Origin: Chiloscyllium plagiosum
Taxonomy: Eukaryota
Reading direction: 5' to 3'
NCBI RefSeq assembly: GCF_004010195.1
Contig: NC_057728.1
Location: 45,716,229 to 45,780,228 of the forward strand
DNA length: 64,000 bases
Every line of letters starts with the position of its first letter. Within the stretch, counting starts at the first letter, position 1. Below the pieces are notes generated by a model. It worked only from the letters and a program-made list of their open reading frames with translations, did not search any database and was not told where the DNA came from. Position numbers and translations under genes: made by a program. Below, one piece after another: positions 52,516-63,582 of the stretch.

Positions 52516-53164
52516 TGGTTCTGATTTATTGGAAAAAGCTGAATGTATTAGATGTCTAAGATGCTATTTATTTCACTCTACAATACTTTAAGTTGAGGGT
52601 CAAACATAGCAATACATGTTCAAATATGGCAAATGAAAGTCAATACTCTTTCCTAAAACTGTGCAAATATTTATTAGCCAGATGTGTGTTGGAAAAAAAA
52701 GCAAGTGTTAATATGGGCTGTTGATTAGCAAAGATAAACCATTATTTTACAATGGTTAGTTTTTGTACAAGTACACACATGGATTGTTTTGCCTATCTAG
52801 AATAAAACATTCACATTTTTCTTTTTGTTGATAGATAAAACACATGGATGTTTTATTGTTCTGATGTGTCTATTTCTTAGATGGCATCTGGGTGTTCCCA
52901 AACTTATTTTACTATCAGCAGTTTTCTGCAAAAAAAATGTTGTTGCACGAAAGATATCTTGGTAATTAATGCAGCAACATTTTTTTGCAAAAATAATTGC
53001 TAAATGTAACCAACACAGTAGGTTCAATTCCCAAACCAGCTGAGGCACAACAACACCTCTTTTTCCTGAGGTGGCTTAGGAAATCCAGCATGTCCATAAG
53101 GACCCTCACCAATGTTTACAGATGTACCATAGGAAGCATTGTATTTGGGTGCATACTATTTGGG

Positions 53165-53340
53165 GAGAAAGTGAGGTCTGCAGATGCTGGAGATCAGAGC
53201 TGAAAATGTGTTGCTGGAAAAGCGCAGCAGGCCAGGCAGCATCCAGGGAACAGGAGAAGGGCTTATGCCCGAAACGTCGATTCTCCTGTTCCCTGGATGC
53301 TGCCTGACCTGCTGCGCTTTTCCAGCAACACATTTTCAGC
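53165..53340. mobile_element. Penelope-derived fold-back mini-element, 15-bp TSD
   Basis: Near-perfect inverted arms; TSD TGCATACTATTTGGG at 53150-53164 and 53341-53355. Confidence 0.9.
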
Positions 53341-54119
53341 TGCATACTATTTGGGTCTGGTTTGGCAACTCCTTGGCCCAGGACAATAAGAAACTAGAGA
53401 AGGTTGTGTGCACAGCCCAGATTATCACAGAAGCCAACCTTCCATCCATGGACTCCATTTACTTGTCATTGTCATGGAAAGGGGGCCAACATCAAAGACC
53501 CTCATAATGCTCTCCTACAACAATCAGACAGAAGATACAGAAGCTTGAACACATCCACCAACAGGTTTGAGAACAGCTTCTTCACTGCCAGTTTTGGATT
53601 AAGTTTAAAATCATACAACACCAGGTTATAGTCCAATAGGTTCATTTGGAAGTACTAGCTTTCAGAGCTCTGCTCCTTCATCAGGTGGCTAGTGGAGCAG
53701 GATCATAGGAGACAGAATTTATAGTAAAAAATCAAAGTGTCAAACAACTGATGCGATATATTGACAAACCAAGATTGCTGTTAAGTCTTTCATCTTTTAG
53801 AATGGGTTGCAGGTTTCGATTCATTAATATGTAAATCCCAGAACTTCTTTCAAGTCACATTCCCAAGATAACAAGGTTTTATTTAAAAAAAGTGACATCT
53901 CAGCTCAGACAAAGCATAAAAGCTGTGAGGTATAGCCTATATACATTCCAATCTTGAGTCTGACTGGTTCTATTTCCAAAGTAGGAATTCATGAACTATC
54001 ACATAGATTGATTGCCAACAGACTGTGCTTTTTGAACAAAATAGAATGTATCTGCAAATATAATTGTGCAAATGCAAATTCACCCCACAGACTTATATAT
54101 GTGTGTGTGGGCAGCGGGG

Positions 54120-54345
54120 GGAAGAGGGAGAGAGAGAGAGAGAGAGAGAGACAGTGTGTGTGTGTACATGTGTGTGAGTGTGATGGAGTAAATGCCTGTG
54201 AGAGGATATGCACATGATTGTGAGTGTGGGGGTGTGTGTTTGTGTGTTCCTGAAAGATAGCGTGTGTATCAGAGAGGGTCTGCATGAGTATGTGAGTATG
54301 TAAGAGTGTGTGTGTATGTGTGTGCTTGTGTGAGAGTGTATAGTG
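54120..54345. repeat. (GA)n and degenerate (GT)n microsatellite inside Penelope
   Basis: Direct inspection. Confidence 0.9.
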
Positions 54346-54589
54346 TATTGGGATCACCTGCAGTGTGACATGAACCCAAGGTCCCGGTTGAGGCAATCCT
54401 CATGGGTACTAAACTTGTCTGTTAGCCTCTACTCAGCCACTCTGCTTTGCTGCGTATCCTGAAGTCCACCTTGGAGGATGGTCACCTGAAGATCCAAGGC
54501 CAAATGTCCCTGACCACATAGGTGTTCCCTGACTGTGAGGGAACACCCCGGTCTGGCGATTGTTGTGCGATGTACATTCATCCATCGGG

Positions 54590-55278
54590 GAACACTTGAG
54601 AGCTCCATAGTCAAGAAAGCCCAGCAGCTTCTCTACTTTCTGTGCAGGCTGAGGAAAGCCATCTCCCAACCCCACCGACCCCCAACCCATCCTCACCACA
54701 TTCTACAGAGGGTTCATTGAGAGTATCCTGAGCTGCTGCATCACTGCCTGATTCGGGAATTGCACCGCCTCGGATCATAAGATCCTACAACGGATAGTGA
54801 GGACCACTGAGAGGATCATCAGATTCTCTTGTCCCTCCATTACAGACATTTACACCACACGCTGTATCTGAAAGGCTAAGAGCATTGTGGAAGACCCCAC
54901 ACACCCTCTTTCAAACACTTCTCCATCTGGCAGAAGATACCAGAGCATTCAATCTCTCACAGCCAGACTGTGTAATAGTTTCTCCCCCCAAGCCATCAGG
55001 CTCCTTAACTCAGTATGATCTGATTCTTTCCCATCTGAAATTCTTTGTACGACTTTGAATTGTGCTAGAAAAATCTCTATTATTTATAATTCTTCTATGA
55101 TCCGGTAATTTGCCTTTTTTGCACTTCTTATGCACTTTATGCCATGGAGCATTCTGTAGCTTGTCATGTCCATGTAGTACCCTCGGTCCTGGAGGAACGC
55201 TGTCTCGTTTTTACTGTATCAGTTGTATATGGTAGAAATGACAAATAAAAAGCTACTACTACTATTACTACTATTCTA
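54590..55278 (+). mobile_element. Rex1/Babar-like LINE 3' end nested in Penelope
   Basis: SIVKKAQQLLYFLCRLRK...; ends AATAAA plus (CTA)n. Confidence 0.8.
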
Positions 55279-55633
55279 TTTTGTTCAAAAAGCACACAAT
55301 CTGCAGGTAGACAATCCATGTGATATTTTATAAATTCCTACTTTGGAAATAGAACTTGTCTGACTCAAGACTGGAATAATACAGACTCTAACCTTACACC
55401 TTTAATGCATTGTCTGAGCTGAGATGTCACTTTTTTTTATAGAACCTTAAGTTATCTCAGGAATGTGACTTGAAAGAAGTTCTGGGATTTACATATTAAT
55501 AAATCAAAACCTGCAATCCATTCTAAAAGATGAACAACTTAACAGCAATCTAAGTTTGTTCAATATATTGCATCGCGTGTATAACACGATGATCTTTTGC
55601 TATAAATTGTGTGTCCTGTGATCCTACTTCACT

Positions 55634-55674
55634 AGATACCTGATGAAGGTGCAACGCTCTGAAAGCTTGTATTT
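55634..55674 (+). ncRNA. Minimal hammerhead ribozyme motif (intact core)
   Basis: AGATAC-CTGATGA-A-GGTGC-AAC-GCTCT-GAAA-GC-TT-GTATTT: 6-bp stem I (one G-U), AGCT palindrome, one mismatch in stem II. Confidence 0.65.
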
Positions 55675-56619
55675 CTGAATAAACCTGTTGGACTTTAACC
55701 TGGTCTTGTGTGATTTTTAATTTTGTCCACCCCAGTCGAACACCGGCATCTCCACCTCATTGTTGGACTAATGAATGGACTCTCTAACATCAAATAATGT
55801 TGATCTTGGTCATGTCGATCTTGTTTCATGCATCTCCTGTTCAGTGTAATCTGTATGCCTCATTCTGTCTAAGCCCCACGCTCTGTATGTCGTTGCTTAC
55901 TATGATCTGCCTGTACTACCTGCAAACAAAGCTTTTCACTGTACTTAGGTAGACGTGACTACAATAAATCAAATCAAATCAGGTCATCATGAAGGACTCT
56001 CTTCCTCAATCTCTCCCCTCAGGTTAAGTGATCACTAGTCATCTCTCTCTCTAATGAGAGAGCAGTCCTCTGGTCTACTTAGAGTATGGCAATTTTATAT
56101 TAGTAATTTCAGTAAATTGAACATTTACCTCTGCATCTGCCTCGAGTGAGTTCCTTCACTTCTCTAACTTTGTAACAATGCACGTTATGATGAAAGCCCT
56201 TGGCTCCAGCTTCCAGCAGATATTTTTACTCTTACCCCACTTCATGCTAATAGGTTATCTAGAAGCTTCTGAATGTTAGGTCTAATGATTTATGGCCTCA
56301 ATGAAATTCGAACATGAATAGATGGATAAGGAACAGAGAAGTGAAATGAGGTTAAATTAAAAATAGATAGAGGGAAAATGAGAGAATAGATTATGAACGA
56401 CACAAAAAGCAAAAATAACACCACAAAAACAAAGCCTAAGAAAATGCTTCAGGGAACAAGTTACTACTTGTACGATCAAGTCTCCATGGCCTCATTATTT
56501 ACTCCAGACTGGTTGGCCTGCCAGGACAATAAATCATATCACGAACACCATTCTTTGACATGGGGCTACGATCCCCAAATGACTGAGCTTATTTTGTATT
56601 GACAACACAAATGCAAAAC

Positions 56620-58080
56620 TTTGGTGAGTCACTGTATAAGGCCGCGGGGCCGGGGGTGGTCATTCTGTCAGCTCTGGCAACACTGTGCCCAGTTAAGTTC
56701 TGGTGATTCCGAACTCGTGACGTATAAGTTTACCTTATCTCTAAATTGTTTTTTTTAAAAAAACTGAATAAAGTGCGCACTGTTATTTTGTCAGCAATTT
56801 CTGAGTTCATGCGCTCATTTTATCAAACCAAATTCGCAAGAAGTAGAGATTGCCGTTAAAAATGAGATTAGCTGCAGTATGTCCAGGCGCCATGGTAGTG
56901 ACTCTACTTCTGGAACAGAGGCGCAGGTTCAAATCAGTGCTATAAGAGGTCGAGTATAAATATGTACAAAAAGCTCTGTTATTCACTACAGAAAGGGTTG
57001 TTGACACTTTTGCAAACAGCAAGCTAGACTGAAGTCTTACTTTACATTGGACTGCATAACCCGTGTTTAACGCGGATGGCTGAAATTTCGATCCTTTTTT
57101 AGATTTCTTACAGTGTGGAAACAGGCCCTTCGGCCCAACCAGTCCACACTGACCCTCCGAAGAGTAACCCACCCAGACCCATTTCCCTCTGACTAATGCA
57201 CCTAACACTATGGACAATTTATCATGGCCTATTCACCTGACCTGCACATTTTGGACATTTAAAATAGAACATAAAGGTGTCCATTGCTTAACTCCTACTC
57301 TATAGCCTCACAGATACATAAATTGGCCGTCAGTGCACACGATAATCTTACCCTGTTAATTTCGGCCAATTTTAGTTACTCCTTTCAACGGAGAACGCTT
57401 CACTTCTGCGACCAAGATTCCCGGAAAGTCTCTTACAAATGAAAAAAAATTCCATTGCACCGATGGTTTACTCATTAATTGTGACCCTGCGAATGCCGGA
57501 GATGCCGAGTGAATGGCTTGGCACAATGCCACGGCTAAAAAAACCTCCCACCTGTTTCAAAAACAACATTGACGTTTTGGCCAGAAATCCTCGGAGTCCG
57601 TCAGGAAAGTCCATCATTTCAAATCGCCTTATCGATTCAGGAAATGTACGTTGCGAAGCCAAATATTGACCACATGCAAACAAAAACAAAAAAAAAATGT
57701 AATCGTGAAGTTGTCAGTTTCAAGGACATTAAACTCACATTCCGATTTAAAAGTGAGAAGCCAGCGTTTAGCAATGCCTCTGGAATGTTTGAAGAAGATT
57801 TGATTTTAACCGCATTATACTGCACTCCATTGCACTTCCCTAATCTGCGTGTGTATAATTGCTCGCTATAGATTTGTATGTATTTTGAATTCCATGTATT
57901 TTTAAAACTCTGGTGCCAGTGAAAGTCAGCTTGTGGAAAGCGAATCTCGTGTGTTTGTTGTTGGTAACCAAATTGAAACGCGAGTTGGTAGCAGTGAGTT
58001 TGTATTCCCCAGTCTCACTCTAGTGGCCCCTGCTGGAGTTAATCTGTGTGCGCCTTTTGGGTGAGAACAGCAGCAGATAG
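56620..58080 (-). promoter_or_regulatory. CpG-retaining region; candidate RASSF9 promoter and non-coding first exon(s)
   Basis: Many CpGs in non-repeat, moderate-GC DNA; GC-box-like run at 56641-56659; minus-strand donors AACAGG|GTAAGA (intron from 57351) and ATAAG|GTAAAC (intron from 56733). Confidence 0.45.
57098..57256 (-). mobile_element. HE1-like SINE, 5'-truncated
   Basis: ACAGTGTGGAAACAGGCCCTTCGGCCCAAC tail. Confidence 0.85.
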
Positions 58081-58099
58081 GTAAAGAGGTGGAAACCAA

Positions 58100-58746
58100 A
58101 TTCTGGATCAGTGGTGCTGGAAGAGCACAGCAATTCAGGCAGCATCCGACGAGCAGCAAAATCGACGTTTAGGGCAAAAGCCCATCATCAGGAATAAAGG
58201 CAGAGAGCCTGAAGCGTGGAGAGATAAACTAGAGGAGGGTGGGGATGGGAATAGAGTAGCAGAGAGTACAATAGGTCAGTGGGGGAGGAGATGAAGGTGA
58301 CAGGTCAGGGAGGAGAGAGTGGAGTGGATAGGTGGAAAAGGAGCTGGGCAGGTCGGACAAGTCCGGACAGGTCAGGGGATCGAGTTTCTGGAGGTTAGAA
58401 GCTAGGATGAGGTGGGGGAAGGGGAAATGTGGTAGCTGTTGAAGTTCAGATTGTTGCCCTGGGGTTGAAGTGTTCCGAGGCGGAAGATGAGGTGTTCTTC
58501 CTCCAGGCGTCTGGTGGTGAGGGAGCGGCGGTGAAGGAGGCCCAGGACCTCCATGTCCTCGGCAGAGTGGGAGGGGGAGTTGAAATGTTGGGCCACGGGG
58601 CGGTTTGGTTTATTGGTGCAGGTGTCTCGGAGATGTTCCCTAAAGCACTCTGCTAGGAGGCGCCCAGTCTCCCCAATGTAGAGGAGACCGCATCGGGAGC
58701 AACGGATACAATAAATGATATTAGAGGATGTGCAGGTAAAACTTTG
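58100..58746 (-). mobile_element. Young 5'-truncated Penelope-like element with open GIY-YIG endonuclease frame
   Basis: FTCTSSNIIYCIRCSRCGLLYIGETGRLLAECFREH...VAQHFN...RRLEE; terminal repeat related to 47356/53165; hammerhead remnant at 58164-58191 (GAAA>TAAA). Confidence 0.9.
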
Positions 58747-61739
58747 CAGCCAGCAGTCAGATTCCTGGCCTGCTTCCCACGTACATCCCACCTGAGATCA
58801 GGGCTCTGTTTAATTCCGGTAGGGGAGAGAGCAAGAGAATTGGGGCCATCGGAAGTGGAATTGCTGATACCACATTACTCCAGAGTTCAGAAGTTCATTG
58901 CTGGGTCTACCGTCTGAAGGATACATGGCTTCAGACAGGGTTGGGGGAGGCAAAGAAGAATCCTCATCTTCATTATATCGAGGTCCCAGCCCAGTTATTT
59001 CAAAACCTGGACTATTGTATCGCCTGGGTCAAAATCGTGGAATTCCCTCCCTAATGACATTTTGGGTTAACCCACAGTAGGTAGACTGCAGCAGTTCAAG
59101 AAGGCAGCTCATCAGCACCTTCTCAAGGGCAACTAGGGATGGCAATGAATGCTGCCTTTTCAGTGATGCTCACGTCCCCGGTCGGCATGGACGAGTTGGA
59201 CTGAAGGGTCTGCTTCTGTGCTGTACATCTCTGACACTTTGGCGCTAAATAAATAAAAAAAAGCACAATATGTCTAATATGCCTCAAATATCCCCAGCTC
59301 CCAAATTAAAAGGGAAGATTCCTCAACACAAACGACCCTGCTCCTACTTAACTACCTTTACCTCGCTTCCTTCCAGAGTCATAACCCATTCACTAGCGAC
59401 CAGGGGCACCGACCCCAATGAAAGTGACCAACATTTGGCAGTAGTTTGAATGCCTTTATAGTCTCTATTGAACAGCTTCCAGCAAAAACAAACTGCACAG
59501 ATTCTTTCCTTCAAACACCTGGCAAAAAAGCTTAGGTTTGACAATGCGTACTAATTGTAGGATTCAAATATCTTGTGGTTTCATCAAGCATGCATATGAA
59601 TCTCCACTAGTAAAATTAGTTAGCAATTACACCAAAATATGTATTTGATGGTTTCCACTAGTTTATCAGCAATTCCACAAAATACGTGAAATAACGTTAC
59701 TTCATAAAATGGTAATGCATAAAATGGTCTTAAAAATCCAATAAGAGAATAATTTTATGTATCAAAGCTATAACTTGATGAAATGAGGAGAAGATGAATA
59801 TTTTTAAAAGGAATGATGGTCAATCAATACTCTTAAGGATATGACATAATGCTATATCCATTTTCCGAGGAGCACAGTCCTGAGACAGCACTCATGTTAG
59901 TTGTTTCACATCCTGCAAGGTATGTTAACATATTGACGCCTTGCATCCCAGGCATTGCACAAATTCTCACTCTCTGTGGTTGCAGGATCTGGACACTGCA
60001 GTAGCCAATTAAGTCAATGCATACCCCAAACAAAAGAAGAAAACAGCACAGCATCAGGAGTAGAGGATGTAGAAATCCCAAATTTAACACCAGGTGAAGA
60101 GAAAACAATGGCAATTATTGATTTTGACTCTGACCTGGTAGATGGGCACAGAGGTGTAGGATTTACTGTGCCAATCTCTGAAGTCATAATAATGCATGCC
60201 TATTAATAATAACAACTTACCTTTATATATCAGCATTAGCATAGCAGAATAACCCAAGGTGCTTCAGAGATGTGTAATCAGGCAGTAACAGACACAGTAT
60301 TGTTGAGTGCCTATTCACATTGGGTTTCTCCCTCTAGCAACCCACAGATATTGTAAATGGGGAAATAACATTGACAAGATACAGAGCACAAGGATGCTGT
60401 AAAATTCAAATGTAGAAGTGAGCCTTGGGTAATTGAACAAATCAGTGAGACATATCTGTTCTTTGTTCTAAAGCCATGAAATGGAGGCATTATGCAGATA
60501 TAGATCTTAAATAATCTGCCAAAAAGGAATGGATGCCAGCAGAACATTAGACATAAGCAGTCCCTGGATGAAGTACCCCAATTTCTTTACCATTCCAGAT
60601 GGATACCACAAATTGTTATGTATCTGAGTCAGAAGGAATGACTGGCTCCACTTCTTTATTCACCCACCATCCTTGGTCACAACAAGAATAATATAAAAGA
60701 ATCCCCTTCCCTTGTGGATATTTTCCTTCCAGACTTAATGAATTTATGTTTTAAAAGAAGCCAATTTAACGAGGCTTTCTTGAATCAAATAAAAAGTGAG
60801 TTCATTAGTTACTAAACAGAAGAATAAATAATGTTGCAACACATGTATACAAATATTAGAAATGAGATGTGAGCTATAAAAAGGTTAAATTTAAATAAAT
60901 ATGGTTCAGTCTCTGGGTTGTCCATGAAGAGTAGATAGTGTAACATTGTGGATGTTATGTTGGATGTTACATTGACGTTAGTAATTAAGTAGTTATTTTT
61001 AAGGTTCTTGACTTTGTAGATGAGCTGAAATTCATTTGTCCTGTTCACGTTTTGATGATGACTAGCTTCCAGCACTCAGAGCGATGTTTCTATTTGCTCT
61101 TTACCTGCAGTGCAGGATTGCTTAATAGCTGCCTTCAGGTTTTGACCTTCACAACTCACTAGTTCATCAGCCCACTAGGATACACAGACTAGGGATTTGA
61201 ATTGGTTTTTAACAACTATTTTGTAAATTCCTGAAAGGGTGAAACATAAGTATGTCTTTTGATTCATGCCCACAGTCTGGAAACTATAGGAGATATTTTC
61301 CCATTTAGTGGAGGTAATTAGAATATCTTGCCCCCTGCCTTTTGAAGTCTGTCTCTTTGAAGCTTTCTTGACATCTTACAAGGTGTATCATGATATGGGC
61401 TCACACAGGAGAATCTTTCAGCAGTCAGTGAATTCCATTCTTAAAAGTTATATTTTCAGTTAGGCCTGGCTTGCAGCCTTTGTTTAAAACAAAACACATC
61501 CTGTCCAGTATTCAATGCACCCAATAGTAATTTGGAGTTCTGATCTATCATCATGACACTTCTCCTGTACAACAAATGAAAAAAAAACATTCTTATTTTA
61601 TCACTAATGCAGAAATAGATTTTAATATATAAAGAACAAACACGCAGATAAATTCTGATAACCCTGGCCAATATCATCTTTTGAGTTCTGACTTGGTCTC
61701 TTTAAGTTCTGGAATTGGATTGATTTCCTGGAAATGTAG

Positions 61740-62960
61740 GTGATTTTTTTAGGTGGTATGGTTGAAGGAACAATTTCCAATGGAATACCTGGCATTCTGA
61801 GCCTTAAACCATGCCACCAAGAGTTAACAGTTGTGGTCAGTTTTGACGGTGGTCTCTCTATACCCATTTTGGACACATATTTCAAAGTGCTTGAGAGTTA
61901 GTAATAAGCTGAGGGTTTCGTTTTCTAATGAGATCTATCATCTCTGGTGCTTATTTAGTTTTTGGGAAATATAAACGATTGGTCTGTACACTTCAGATTT
62001 ATTTTTCTGAAGGATCCCTAGCTTGAAGTCATTCATATCGATGGCCATTCTAATTGATTGGATAATGTTTGAAAGTGCCAGCACAGGCTCTCTTGTTAAA
62101 TGGTATGCAATTTTTCAAAACATTTCTCAGTCCACACATCGTTCATTTTTTTTCTGTCAGGATCGTGGCTACTGTGTTGAAGTTTGGGACCCATTTTTGA
62201 GAGAGTTCACACACTCCTCGAAATTCATGATTTCATGTTTTCTTGTGAGAATGGGAAACTCTTGTCTCTACCTTCACAGCCCTGGTCAATATTCATCCTT
62301 GAACCATCATGTGTCCTTGATGGATCACTTGAGGCCTTAGTAAGACTGACCACTATGTCAGCTGACTGTATTTTCTGAAGGAGAATTTCCAGTTGCTCTA
62401 AGTAGATTTCCCAGTGTTGCTGTGTACTAGGGACTTGGCGAGGTACACTGCACACTGAAATAACTCTGCCTCTGTTTGCTTCATCAGCAGTTGAACACTG
62501 GCTGGGGGAATTTGGAGCCCAAAAAAGGCATAACAAAACATGACATAACCTGTCCAGAGTTATGTCGGTGGAGATATCCTTCGCACAGACAGTCAAGGAA
62601 ACCTACCAGTATCCCTTGAGTAAAACTATCTGAGTAATTTAGGCTGCTTTGAATACAAAACCTTTGCAATTTTCTAGCCCAGGTGTGAAGTAGGAGTCAG
62701 CTCTGGTCACTGCATTGAACCTTATTGAAGAGCCTTTTGAAGCTGTCTGGCCAGAGGACACGCATAACTGGGAGCTCTGGCTCCTGCTGCTGGGCTCTAA
62801 CAGTTAGTGGTCCAACATGTAGTTAACCTCATATCAAGCCTTTCTAGGGATATTGTCTTATGAAGGGGTCATTCCCGTAGCCACATTATGTAGAGCTAGG
62901 GAGCTACAGCTTGGTTTGTCTCACCATAAGTCTTTTACTGCAGTGAGTAGTCTTTTCAAA
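61740..62960 (-). mobile_element. Decayed Ty3/Gypsy pol (RT and RNase H)
   Basis: Minus-strand motifs in canonical order: EVNYML...LEPS, NAVTRADSY (~62700), LLKGYW*VSLT..AKDIS (~62610), MPF, HWEIYLEQLEILLQKI, EPVLA..MAID (~62060), KTDHNC (~61835). Confidence 0.8.
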
Positions 62961-62989
62961 TCTGTTCACTGTTCTGCACCCAAATGAGC

Positions 62990-63551
62990 TAATAAGTGAA
63001 ATAATTGCACCAATGCCAGTGTCCCCTCATCAAGTCACCCTTTATTTACTTGTGCACATTATACTGGCTGTGGCCAGCCAGCTCAGAATTAGTCCCCTGA
63101 ACTGAGGAAATTCTAAATCTCTTGGTTTTATTTTTTTTAAGAAAACAGCCAAGGAAACTCTCTTCCCCCACAGTACACTGGCTGTGCGACCAGCCAGTTT
63201 GGAGTCTGTCCTTAACTGAGGAGCTTCTAAATCCCCTGTTTTTTTTTCTCTGAGGAGATTCTAATCTCCTGATTATATTTTTTTCTTTTTTTTAAAGGGC
63301 AATACTGTGGACACTCCTGTTGTCTTTTTTTTCCTTTTTTATCAATTCATTTTTTCTTTTTTTACTTCTTTTTTTTAACCCCCACACTACCACCTATTTC
63401 CCCAGCACCCATGGTGTGTGTGTGTGTGTGTGTGTGTGTGTAGGTGTGAGACACAGTGAGAGACAAAAGGTGCACAAATCTTTATTCAATTTCCACCACC
63501 AGGAAGATAGGAAAACACCCGAGTGGCCAGTGACAAGCACTCTCCTGATTA

Positions 63552-63582
<31 letters not shown>

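Larger units (their letters stand above)
53600..55760 (-). mobile_element. Penelope-like element with ~450-bp inverted terminal repeats, GIY-YIG C-terminal remnant and hammerhead motifs
   Basis: Arms ~53600-54045 and ~55278-55720 are reverse complements; ORF 54429-54614 (RWMNVHRTTI...VREHL...LQVTIL); motifs at 53656-53684 (-) and 55640-55668 (+). Confidence 0.85.
53035..55980 (+). mobile_element. Rex1/Babar-like LINE 3' end (host of a nested cluster); pieces ~53035-53595 and 55761-55980
   Basis: AQQHLFFLRWLRK...VYRCTIGSI...WFGN (DUF1891-like); ends AATAAA(TCAAA)n. Confidence 0.75.

Noticed and set aside
53989..54396. 135-aa His/Thr-rich ORF
   Set aside because: Translation of a (CA)n/(TC)n microsatellite.
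57468..57689. Minus-strand ORF with donor AAACAG|GTGGGA as a coding RASSF9 exon 1
   Set aside because: No convincing similarity to the known exon 1; the phase-2 frame has a stop just before the donor, and in-frame stops block joining to the CDS.
61100..61560. Possible gag/SCAN remnant
   Set aside because: Manual translation gave no convincing motif.
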